This document shows, piece by piece, positions 1 to 8,570 of a DNA stretch of 64,000 bases. Numbering within the stretch: the stretch's first letter is position 1; each line of letters starts with the position of its first letter. Under the pieces are notes generated by a model. That model did not search any database, was not told the origin of the DNA, and worked only from the letters and a program-made list of their open reading frames with translations. The translations under genes were made by a program, and so were the position numbers. Source of the DNA: Deltaproteobacteria bacterium (lineage in GTDB: Bacteria; Myxococcota_A; Polyangia; Polyangiales; Houyiibacteriaceae); assembly GCA_034670305.1 (NCBI GenBank), contig JAXMNT010000019.1:73015-137014 (forward strand), in the 5' to 3' direction.

Positions 1-2
1 GT

Positions 3-146
3 CGGGTCGGCCTCTGCGCCACCTGCCGCTTCGTGAAGAAGGTGGAGTCCGCCAAAGGCTCCACGTTCTACCGCTGCACCGAGCCCTCGCTCCCGAAGTA
101 CCCCAACCTCCCCGTCGTCGTCTGCCCCGGTTACCTGCGGGGGTGA
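3..146 (+). CDS. Small Cys-containing hypothetical protein, 5'-truncated by the window edge
   Basis: Frame 3 reads RVGLCATCRFVKKVESAKGSTFYRCTEPSLPKYPNLPVVVCPGYLRG* with GC-rich third positions; CxxC plus two more Cys. Confidence 0.65.
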   Translation, partial: RVGLCATCRFVKKVESAKGSTFYRCTEPSLPKYPNLPVVVCPGYLRG

Positions 147-177
147 AGCGGGGGTGAAGCGGGGGCGGGCGTCCGAG

Positions 178-468
178 GCAGCGGCAGCATCAGCGGCAGC
201 GGCAGCGGCAGCGGCAGCGGCAGCGGCAGCGGCAGCATCAGCGGCAGCGGCAGCGGCAGCTACAGCTACAGCGGCTTCGGGCTCGGGCTCGGCGCCGGCT
301 TCGGCTTCGGGCTCGGCGTCGGCGTCGGCTTCGGCCTCGGCTTCGGCTTCGGCGTCGGGCTCGGCATCGGCTTCGGCTTCGGCTTCGGCGTCGGCTTCGG
401 CTTCGGCGTCGGCGTCGGCGTCAGCTTCGGCGTCGGCGTCGGCCTCGGCTTCGGCGTCGGCCTCGGCT
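178..468. repeat. Bipartite hexanucleotide tandem tract: (GCAGCG)n, then (TCGGCT/TCGGCG)n from about 274
   Basis: Read directly; lies between convergent genes. Confidence 0.95.
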
Positions 469-532
469 TAATCGCAACCGGCTTCGGACCACGGCACGCG
501 CCTCATGCTCTCCTTCGGTTTCGAACGAACCG

Positions 533-566
533 AGGGCACGGGCACGGGCAAGGGCACGGGCAAGGG
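533..566. repeat. (GGGCAC/GGGCAA)n hexamer tract
   Basis: Read directly; same unit type as inside the CTAG-flanked elements. Confidence 0.85.
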
Positions 567-584
567 ACAGCCGCCCTTGCTTCG

Positions 585-1877
585 CTACGGGCGGCTGTAG
601 CTGTTGTGGGTGTGGTGGTGGTGAAAGGGCCAGCCGCCGTCGGCGCCGTACCCGAGGATGCGCGCGCGGCGGAGCTCGTCGGCGGTGATGGCACCGTCGG
701 CGCGCAGGGCACTCAGTTCGCGTTCGAAGTCGTCGGCCAAGGTCTCGTCGATGCCGAACACGCGCACGAGTGGTGTCGAGGCGAGCTTCGCGAACCAGTA
801 AGCCTGCCGCTCCCAGTCGATGATGTTCTCTTCGGTGGTGCAGAAGTAGCCGTCGTTGTGCACGCCCGCGACACCGTTGTTGTTGTTGTCGCTGCCGTCG
901 CCGCAGATGATCTGCGGGTTGTTGCTGCCGTCGGTCTGGTAGTAGGCGATGTCGAGGTCGTCGCCGCGGTGGGTCGACTCCGGGTGCCGCGGGGATCCGC
1001 TGTCGACACCAGGCGTCAGGCCGTTCGACTGGCTGAGATCCGCGAGGCCGATCGGCTGGGTGCCCGGGTATCGGAGCAGGACTTCGCACGCGGCGTACTG
1101 GACCAGCATCGTGAGGTCGCGCCGGAGGTACGAGTACGCGCGCGTGCTGCCGATGTAGTAGCCGGCCGTCTGCGCTTCGGTGCTCAGCGGATCTTGCGAG
1201 CCAGGCATCGCGATGATGTCCGTGCAGTCGGAGCCGACGCACTCCCAAGTCGGGCAACCGCTGGGCAACAGACACACGCCTTCGGTGCAGGTGCTGCCTT
1301 CCGGACAGGGCCCGGTCGGGGTCTCTGCGCTGCAGCGCGCGGTGCAGGCACCGTCGACGCACGCTTCGGCCCCTTCGCACACCCCGTCCGGGTTCTCGGG
1401 CGAACACACGCCGGCACCGCAGTACGAACCACACCCTGGATCACAGGACGTGTCCGCGGTCGCGACGCACGAACCATCGCCATCGCACATGCCCGCGCAG
1501 GTGAACGCATCGCAGTCGGGCCAACAGATGGACCCTTCGGACTCCGACAGCCCCCAGCAGCGCGAGCCAGCGCCGCACTCGAGGCTCGAACCCGCTTCGC
1601 TGCACTCCGCCGATGCGCGGTTCATGCAGATGCCGAACACGCAGATGCCAGGGTTCGCCTCGGTGCCTTCGCAGTTGCTATCGCACGTGCAGAGCGACCC
1701 GGGCGGCACCACCTCGGTGGGGCCGGCGTCGTTGCCCGCATCGTCGACCGAGAGCGCGTCCGTGGCGCCCGCATCGCTCGAGCCCGCGTCGGTCCCGACC
1801 ATGGCGTCGTCGTCCCCGCAACCCCAGAGCGCGAGCCCGCACACCAACACACACCGCATCCACGTCGTTCGAATCAT
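585..1877 (-). CDS. Cys-rich lipoprotein with a C-terminal MepA-like (LAS/M74) murein endopeptidase domain
   Basis: Start MIRTTWMRCVLVCGLALWGC-GDDD (lipobox); Cys-rich repeats; C-terminal ADLSQxxG...HPESTHRGDDLDIAYY and HHHHTH resemble the MepA/LAS zinc ligands. Confidence 0.7.
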   Translation of the reverse strand: MIRTTWMRCVLVCGLALWGCGDDDAMVGTDAGSSDAGATDALSVDDAGNDAGPTEVVPPGSLCTCDSNCEGTEANPGICVFGICMNRASAECSEAGSSLECGAGSRCWGLSESEGSICWPDCDAFTCAGMCDGDGSCVATADTSCDPGCGSYCGAGVCSPENPDGVCEGAEACVDGACTARCSAETPTGPCPEGSTCTEGVCLLPSGCPTWECVGSDCTDIIAMPGSQDPLSTEAQTAGYYIGSTRAYSYLRRDLTMLVQYAACEVLLRYPGTQPIGLADLSQSNGLTPGVDSGSPRHPESTHRGDDLDIAYYQTDGSNNPQIICGDGSDNNNNGVAGVHNDGYFCTTEENIIDWERQAYWFAKLASTPLVRVFGIDETLADDFERELSALRADGAITADELRRARILGYGADGGWPFHHHHTHNSYSRP

Positions 1878-2021
1878 CGCGTTCACTTTTCGACGGCTGC
1901 GTCCCCCGCGCCGTCCCCTCCGGCCCGGTGGATGGCACCCGCCCGTGTCGGCCGCAACCGGTCGAACTGTGCACAGTCGGGACGGTTGGCGGAGCTCGGG
2001 CCTGCGTGACAGGGTTTGGGC

Positions 2022-2546
2022 ATGGCCGTCACCGACACGATCGCTCGCTTCGCCCCCAACTTCTCCATCGAGTCCGGCGACAGGAACTTCGTCAAAGACG
2101 CCTGGGATCGACTCCACAAGGTTCCTGGTGGCAAGGCTGTCTTCTCGAAGTTGATCGGGCGGGTCGCCCCCTACACCGGCACCGTCGGTGCGAAAGTGGA
2201 GTCGCTCTCGATGGGTCGGGCCGAGGTCCGAATGAAGGACCGCCCCCACGTGCGGAACCACCTCAAGTGCGTACACGCGGTCGCGCTGGTCAACCTGGCG
2301 GAGCTCACCGGCAACGTCGCGCTCGCCTACTCCATGCCGAGCGACGCCCGATTCATCGTCGCAGGGCTGAGCATCGACTACCTGAAGAAGGCACGCGGCA
2401 CCCTCAGGGGCATCTGCGAGTGCCCGGTGGTGACCTCGAACCAGAAACACGAGTACCAGGTCCCGGTGTCGATTCAGAACGCAGCGGGCGAAGAGGTCGC
2501 GCGCGTCACGCTGCGCACGCTGGTCGGTCCGAAGAAGAAGCACTGA
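2022..2546 (+). CDS. Hotdog-fold thioesterase (PaaI/DUF4442-like)
   Basis: APYTGTVGA...RNHLKCVHAVALVNLAE...SIDYLKKARG. Confidence 0.85.
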   Translation: MAVTDTIARFAPNFSIESGDRNFVKDAWDRLHKVPGGKAVFSKLIGRVAPYTGTVGAKVESLSMGRAEVRMKDRPHVRNHLKCVHAVALVNLAELTGNVALAYSMPSDARFIVAGLSIDYLKKARGTLRGICECPVVTSNQKHEYQVPVSIQNAAGEEVARVTLRTLVGPKKKH

Positions 2547-2549
2547 CGC

Positions 2550-3620
2550 GTGGCCAGTGCTGTCGAAGCCAGTGCTGTCGAAGCCAGTGCTGTCGAACCC
2601 GGTGCGATCGAACCCAGTGCGATCGAACCCTTCGTTCGAATGGCCCTGGGGTGCACCGAGCAGGCCTACCCCAACCAGATCGCGCACCGACTCGACTCGG
2701 ACGCGGACGCCCGGCTGCCCCGCGAGCTGACCCCCGTGTTCTACGGCTGCTACGACTGGCACTCGGCGGTCCACGGCCATTGGTTGATCGCGCGCGCCGC
2801 GCGCGTCCTTCCTGGCTCCCCGATCAGCGCGCCGTGCCGTGCACAGCTCGAACGAAGTCTCACGGTCTCTGGGCTCGAGGCCGAACACGCGTACCTCTCC
2901 GCCCACCCGGGGTTCGAGCGTCCTTACGGGCTCGCTTGGCTGCTCACGTTGCATCTCGAGTTGCACGAGTGGGCGCACGACGACCCCCAGGCCGCATCCT
3001 GGAGTGCCCGGCTCGCCCCACTGGCCGGGCTCGCCGCAGAGCGGTTCGACGCGTGGTTGCCGAAGCTGCTCGGCCCGACGCGGAGCGGGACCCACGCGCA
3101 GACCGCGTTTTCGCTCGGGCTCGCGATCGACTGGGCGGCGCGGCTCGACTCGGACCGAGCCACGGCCTGGAAAGCGCAGGCGGTGCGTCTGCATGGGGGC
3201 GACCGCGACCTGCCTGCGCACCTCGAACCCGCCGGGGAAGACTTCCTCTCGGGAAGCCTCGGAGCCGCCGACCTGATGCGCCGGGTGCTGAGCGCCGATG
3301 ACTTCGCCGCGTGGCTCGAGCGTGCGCTCCCCGACTTCGGGTCAATCCCCTGGCGCCCGGTGAAGGTCTCCGACGCGGCGGACGGTCGGCTGGCCCACCT
3401 CGATGGACTCAACCTCTCGCGTGCATTCCAGCTCGCTGGCATCGCCGCGGCGCTCCCGGCCGGACCCACGCGCGAGGCCGCGCTCTCCGCGTCGAACGAC
3501 CACCGCGAGTTCGGGATCTCCGAGACGTTGGCGAACGCGAAGACCCACTACGCCGGGTCCCACTGGCTGGGAAGTTTCGCGATGTACCTGCTGACCGAAC
3601 GCGGCCTGCGCCCGCACTGA
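2550..3620 (+). CDS. DUF2891 family protein
   Basis: P.FYGCYDWHSAVHGHW, FERPYGLAWLL, HLDGLNLSRA, YAGSHWLGSFA; N-terminal 15-bp repeats (ASAVE). Confidence 0.85.
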   Translation: MASAVEASAVEASAVEPGAIEPSAIEPFVRMALGCTEQAYPNQIAHRLDSDADARLPRELTPVFYGCYDWHSAVHGHWLIARAARVLPGSPISAPCRAQLERSLTVSGLEAEHAYLSAHPGFERPYGLAWLLTLHLELHEWAHDDPQAASWSARLAPLAGLAAERFDAWLPKLLGPTRSGTHAQTAFSLGLAIDWAARLDSDRATAWKAQAVRLHGGDRDLPAHLEPAGEDFLSGSLGAADLMRRVLSADDFAAWLERALPDFGSIPWRPVKVSDAADGRLAHLDGLNLSRAFQLAGIAAALPAGPTREAALSASNDHREFGISETLANAKTHYAGSHWLGSFAMYLLTERGLRPH

Positions 3621-3641
3621 GTCTCGCGCACGCCGGCAGCG

Positions 3642-6600
3642 CTAGGGCACGAAGACTTCGCGCCGGCTCGCACCGGCGACCACCTGCACCGGAGTGAGCC
3701 TCATCGGCGTGGTCTCGTTCGCGAGCCACTGGGTGGCCTGGTCGGAGAACCGGTCGCTCTCGGGATCCCCACTCTGCCCGCCCGGCAGGATGTTGCGGCC
3801 CGTCGTCTCGTCGCCGCGCAGCGCCACGACCATCCGGAACACCGGGATCGATCCGAACCGGAACCGCGTGCCGCCGAAGCCACTGTTCGCGGCATCGAGC
3901 ACGAAGTTGTCCCCGCCGCGGGGGAAACCGTCCAAGGGGAAGCGCGGGTCACCTTCGGTCAGATCCGGCGCGAGGGGAAGCGTCTCGGTGGTGATGGAGA
4001 AGCTGTCGGCGATGAACCCGAACGCGTCGTCGCCCTCGAGGAAGTCGGCGATGAGCGCATCGAACCGGGTCGTGTGCCGCAGACCCCAGCGCCAAGCGTC
4101 CATGTCCATGGAACCGAAGCCGCCGTCGGCGCCGTCCGGATCGGAAGCGAGGAACGCGAGCGCGTCGCCAAGTGCCAGGAGCGCGTCTTCGGTCGCAGTC
4201 TCCACCGGCGCGGTCTCCCGCACGTCGAAGAACGCGGACTCACCGGTGGCCGCGAGGAACGACGCGAGGTCGAGCGGGTTGGCGGCGCCGCGGCCTTCGA
4301 TGAGTCGGGTCAGGATGCGCATGCGGCCGCCGCTGCCGGTCGGTGTGAAGGTGTTGGACGGGAACGCTTCGTCCCCGAACACACGCGCCTCGAAGGGTCC
4401 GAGCCAGGCGTTGAAGAGGGTCGTCGCGACCGAGTCGTTCGCGGCATCCGCGTCCGGGGCCGCGGCGTAGAACGTCTCGACGCCGCTGGCCGCCACGAAG
4501 CCCCGGTCCCGCCACCCCTCGAGCCGCGTCTCCACTTCGTCGAAGCGCGCGCTCGACGCGGTGTAGAGCGCAGCCAACCGGGCTTCGACCGAATCGGCCG
4601 GAGGGTCGCCCGCGGCGGCGGTGCGGCCGGCGTCGATGGCTTCGAGCACGAGCGGCACCATCAGTTCGCCGAGCGGTGACTTGATGTCCGCCTGCAGCGC
4701 CGCCATCGCGTCTTCGTCGATCGTGCCAGCCATCGCGCGCAAGCGCTCGTCGATGCGGTGCGCGCGGAAGTCCTCGTGCCACGGACCGCCGATGTACCAG
4801 GGGTCGTTCTGCAAATCGTTGTCGAGCGTCATGTCGCCTGGGTCGTTGTTCGCGCTCACGACGAACCCGCGCGTGGGATCGATCGCCGCCGGGTACTCGT
4901 CCGCCGGCACGACGCAGGTGCTGTCGGTGGTGCCCATGGATTCGTCGACCCGGCCTTCGGGTGTCAGCGGCAACGTGAAGCCGCCGAAGCGGGTGCCGTC
5001 GATCAAGAAGTTCGGATGCGCGCCTTCCGACCACCGGCCGTCCAAGTCGCGGGGAAGGTGCGCGCGGCATGGCATCACCTGGTAGGGCAGGTAGAGCACG
5101 CTGCCGGTCGAGTCCGCCGCGACGACGTTCTGCGAGTACGCGACCAACGCGCCGGCGGACGCGCGCATCTCTTCGACGGTCTCGGCGTGGCCCCAGTCGT
5201 CGAGCGTGAGCGCGAAGTTCGGTCCGTCGAGCGCGGTGTAGTCGAAACTGATCGCGCGGATGACGCCGTCGTCGTCCTCGTCTTCGGGGATCACCCAGTC
5301 GCCGAGCAGGTTCACCGCGGTCTCTCCGGGACCCGCGTCGGCCGGACCGTCGACCGTGCGCCCTTCGATGCTGGTGATCAGCCGACCGTCGTAGGTGACG
5401 TAGCGGGTGATGATCTCGGTGCGGCCCACGCTTCCGAGCGCCGGCCGATCGGCGATCTCGAACACCTCTTCCACCGCGACCAGCGCGCGCGACTCGGCGC
5501 CGAACCGCGTGGACACCGGCGCACCCTCGGCATCGAGCTCCAGCTCGTCCGCGTACCAGTCGGTGATGTCTCCGAAGAACTGCGTCTGGTTCCAAGCGAC
5601 CCGTCCATTGGTACCCACCGCGAGCATCGGGATGCCTGGGAACACCAGCCCAACCTGTTGCGTGTCGCCGCCACCGAGCAGTTTCGTGTCGAGCCCCATC
5701 CGATAGAAGAGCGTCGGCACGCTGCCCGGCAGGTGCCCATCCGCCGCGAGGATCGCGGCGCCGTCGCGCGTCTGGTCGCCGGACACCGCCCACGCGTTGG
5801 AGCCGAAGCCTTCGTCATGGGTTCGGCCGAGCCGGAGTTGCTGGCGGTCGGTGTGGGCGATGAGCCGATCGAGCGCCGAACCCATCGCGGGTCGGAAGCG
5901 GAGATCGACCCGGCTCGGTCGCATGGAGATCAGGGCGAGGTCGTCGCCGGTCGCGAGCCCCCAACCACCCGCCGACGTGTAGCCGCGGCTGTTGGTGACG
6001 CGAAAGAACGCGTCGAACAAACCCGCGCTGCGTTCTGCCTCCAGCGGCGCACCCTCGAAATGGGTCTCGAGCGCCGCGAGACCACGCGCCCGGCCGAGGT
6101 CGGTGGTCTCGTAGCCCAGCGAGTACGCGATGGTCACGGCGATCGCTGCGACGTCACGCACCGCGAAGTCCTCCATCAACTCGTGCGGCTGCACGGTGAA
6201 GAGCGGGGCGGCCAACGCGTACTCGCGGGGCCCGAACACTTCCCGCCGGCGCACCGCGGCGATGTACGCGTTCACGCCCTCGGCGAAGCTCTGGTAGAGC
6301 GCGCGCTGCTGGTCTGTGAGGCGCGCCATCATGCCGTCGAGCACCACGGTCGTGCCGGTGCCGCGCTGTTCGAGGTCCACGCCGAGCGCGTCTTGACCGA
6401 GCAGCGCGCTGATCGTGCCCTGCGAGAGCCGGCGCGCCATGTCCATCTCGAAGAACCGATCCCGCGCGACCACGAATCCCGACACCCGCGCCAGGTCCTC
6501 GCGGTTCTCTGCGTAGACGTGTGGCACGTCCGATTCGGTGAAGACGACGTGCGCCGCGCCACCGAGCCCGGGCAGCGTCCAGCGCCTCGACTCTTCCACG

Positions 6601-6770
6601 TCGCCGATCACCGGCGGCGGTTCGAGAAACGCATCGGTGCCGGCATCCAACGCGGGCGCGTCGGAGCCCGCGTCGCCCACCACGTCGTCGTCTCCGCACC
6701 CAAGCGTGGCGCACGCCGCCCACACGAACAGCCACCCACGCCCGCTCCACAACCGTCCCGGTGTCCCCAT
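3642..6770 (-). CDS. Penicillin acylase family (Ntn hydrolase) lipoprotein
   Basis: Lipobox LGC-GDDD; VPHVYA, DRFFEMD, GSNAWAVSG nucleophile, PGGQSGDP. Confidence 0.9.
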   Translation of the reverse strand: MGTPGRLWSGRGWLFVWAACATLGCGDDDVVGDAGSDAPALDAGTDAFLEPPPVIGDVEESRRWTLPGLGGAAHVVFTESDVPHVYAENREDLARVSGFVVARDRFFEMDMARRLSQGTISALLGQDALGVDLEQRGTGTTVVLDGMMARLTDQQRALYQSFAEGVNAYIAAVRRREVFGPREYALAAPLFTVQPHELMEDFAVRDVAAIAVTIAYSLGYETTDLGRARGLAALETHFEGAPLEAERSAGLFDAFFRVTNSRGYTSAGGWGLATGDDLALISMRPSRVDLRFRPAMGSALDRLIAHTDRQQLRLGRTHDEGFGSNAWAVSGDQTRDGAAILAADGHLPGSVPTLFYRMGLDTKLLGGGDTQQVGLVFPGIPMLAVGTNGRVAWNQTQFFGDITDWYADELELDAEGAPVSTRFGAESRALVAVEEVFEIADRPALGSVGRTEIITRYVTYDGRLITSIEGRTVDGPADAGPGETAVNLLGDWVIPEDEDDDGVIRAISFDYTALDGPNFALTLDDWGHAETVEEMRASAGALVAYSQNVVAADSTGSVLYLPYQVMPCRAHLPRDLDGRWSEGAHPNFLIDGTRFGGFTLPLTPEGRVDESMGTTDSTCVVPADEYPAAIDPTRGFVVSANNDPGDMTLDNDLQNDPWYIGGPWHEDFRAHRIDERLRAMAGTIDEDAMAALQADIKSPLGELMVPLVLEAIDAGRTAAAGDPPADSVEARLAALYTASSARFDEVETRLEGWRDRGFVAASGVETFYAAAPDADAANDSVATTLFNAWLGPFEARVFGDEAFPSNTFTPTGSGGRMRILTRLIEGRGAANPLDLASFLAATGESAFFDVRETAPVETATEDALLALGDALAFLASDPDGADGGFGSMDMDAWRWGLRHTTRFDALIADFLEGDDAFGFIADSFSITTETLPLAPDLTEGDPRFPLDGFPRGGDNFVLDAANSGFGGTRFRFGSIPVFRMVVALRGDETTGRNILPGGQSGDPESDRFSDQATQWLANETTPMRLTPVQVVAGASRREVFVP

Positions 6771-6973
6771 GCGCCCATCATAGAGAACCCGGCCACCGCC
6801 GGTCCGCCCCGTCCTTGCAGCTGATGCGTTCAAGATCCGGACGATCTGCCACCCGGGGAACCATCGCGCTTAATCTATGAATCTCCATGGGTTGCGGCTC
6901 TTGCTGGCGAACGATGCGCCAGTCTGTCCCAGGCTCCGGGTGCGCATGGCTTATACTTTGGGGCCACTGCTCT

Positions 6974-6989
6974 TGGTGCACCGTTTGCA
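6974..6989 (+). promoter_or_regulatory. Putative sigma-54 -24/-12 promoter
   Basis: TGGTGCACCGTTTGCA fits GG-N10-GC; ATG at 7002. Confidence 0.5.
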
Positions 6990-7001
6990 AAGCCAGAACC
7001 C

Positions 7002-8534
7002 ATGACTTCCATCCCGCCCCGCAGCGCCCTTCTCTGCCTCGGTGTCACGCTCGCCCTCACCACCGCGTGCGTGGCCGCGGGCCCCTCGCCCGAGTTCGAG
7101 GAATACGAAGAAGTCGGCCAGCTCGAGTCCCTGCTCACGCCGGCCCAGCGCCGGGCGCGCGCCGCCCAGATCCGAGACGCAGCGTTCGCAAACGGCATGA
7201 CCCAGGGCTGGATGTTGGCGGGCATCGCCGACGCCGAGACCTCGATGTCGCACTGTTGGTCGGAGCTCACCTGGGCATGCCAGGGACCGAACAGCGCAGA
7301 CTGCGGTGGTGGTCCCGTGGTCGCGGGTGCAGGCGACGGACCGTGTTCCATCCGCCAGGGCGGACTCGGCATGTTCCAGTTCGACGCGGGCACCTACGAG
7401 CAGACGCTGGCACGCGAAGGCGATCGGATCCTCAGCATCGCGGGCAACGTGGCGGCCGCGGTCGACTTCGTCGTCGCGATGGTCATTCGCTCGGTCTACA
7501 TCAGTGGCGTCGACAACGCAGCGCAGGCGATCGAATGGATGAACGGCGTCCGGGTGGGCAACGGTCGCTGGGACCCGTGGATCCGCACCGTCACGCACTA
7601 CTACAACGGCTGCACGCCGAGCGCCGGCTGCTTCCCCGAACGGTACGGACGCTACAGAGACTTCACGAGCGGCGTGCGCGACGAGATGGGCGCGGACTTC
7701 TGGAGCGTGGACCAGTGGTCGGCCCAATGGGTCTCGCAGTCCTTCCCGCTCGCAGCGGCACCCTTCGAGCTCGCGCCCGGCGAGACCTCGGCCGGCAACA
7801 TCGTGCTCCGCAACACCGGCACCCAAGCGTGGACCCCTGGCGCCACCTTCCTCGGCACCACCGAGCCGCGCGATGTGGCGAGCCCGATCGCTGGACCGGA
7901 CTGGATCAGCGCCGGCCGGGCCGCGACGGTGGACCGAACCGTGGCACCGGGAGAGAACGGCACCTTCTCGTTCAGCGTGCAGGGCCCGGCGACGGCGGGC
8001 GACTACCCGCAGTTCTTCAACCTCGTGCAAGAGGGCGTGGCCTGGTTCAGCGCGCCCGCGGACGACCAGATGCAGATCCGGGTCACCGTGGTGGCCAGCA
8101 GCTGTCCGGCGGGCGTCGGCTCGATGTGGACGTGCGACGGCAGCGCACGTCAGCGATGCATCACCGGCTCGGTCGAACGCACCGAGTGTCCGGGCGAGTG
8201 CGCCGACGGCGCGTGCCTCGGCGTGCCGGGCGACGAAGACGGCGACGGACACAACGACAGCGTCGACTGCGACGACACCGACCCGGACGTCTACCCCGGC
8301 GCGGAAGACCCGTGCGGCGACGGAGTCGACTCCAACTGCGACGGCAACGATCTCTGTCCCGGCGAAGACGGCGGGCCGGGCACCGGCGACGGCGGCCCGG
8401 GCGCAGACGCAGGACCGGGCGGCGACTCGGGTCCGCGAGGCGGCGACATGGTCGTTGGCTGCTCGGCCAACGGTGGCGGCACGGGCGGCGCGGTCCTCCT
8501 CGCGCTCGCCCTGCTCTACCGACGGCGTGACTAG
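7002..8534 (+). CDS. Exported protein: lysozyme/transglycosylase-like N-domain, NBR1-Ig-like domain, putative metal-binding repeat, MYXO-CTERM-type tail
   Basis: AGIADAETS...GLGMFQF; LRNTGTQAW...VAPGENGTFSF; DCDDTDPDVYPGAEDPCGDGVDSNCDG; GCS...LLALALLYRRRD. Confidence 0.75.
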   Translation: MTSIPPRSALLCLGVTLALTTACVAAGPSPEFEEYEEVGQLESLLTPAQRRARAAQIRDAAFANGMTQGWMLAGIADAETSMSHCWSELTWACQGPNSADCGGGPVVAGAGDGPCSIRQGGLGMFQFDAGTYEQTLAREGDRILSIAGNVAAAVDFVVAMVIRSVYISGVDNAAQAIEWMNGVRVGNGRWDPWIRTVTHYYNGCTPSAGCFPERYGRYRDFTSGVRDEMGADFWSVDQWSAQWVSQSFPLAAAPFELAPGETSAGNIVLRNTGTQAWTPGATFLGTTEPRDVASPIAGPDWISAGRAATVDRTVAPGENGTFSFSVQGPATAGDYPQFFNLVQEGVAWFSAPADDQMQIRVTVVASSCPAGVGSMWTCDGSARQRCITGSVERTECPGECADGACLGVPGDEDGDGHNDSVDCDDTDPDVYPGAEDPCGDGVDSNCDGNDLCPGEDGGPGTGDGGPGADAGPGGDSGPRGGDMVVGCSANGGGTGGAVLLALALLYRRRD

Positions 8535-8561
8535 GCCCCTCCGGCCTCCTCCCCAACTTCG
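8535..8561 (+). repeat. Partial copy of the 78-bp dispersed repeat
   Basis: GCCCCTCCGGCCTCCTCCCCAACTT is identical to the 3' part of 23458-23535. Confidence 0.8.
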
Positions 8562-8570
8562 AGCCTCCTG

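Noticed and set aside
154-471. Poly-Ala/Ser ORF, and similar ORFs over the tracts at 19061, 22833, 23734 and 35105
   Set aside because: Stop-free frames are an automatic result of hexamer repeats; no RBS or domain
468-506. 12-aa minus-strand micro-ORF ([12 protein letters not shown]) after GAAGGAG
   Set aside because: SD spacing is very short and there is no other support
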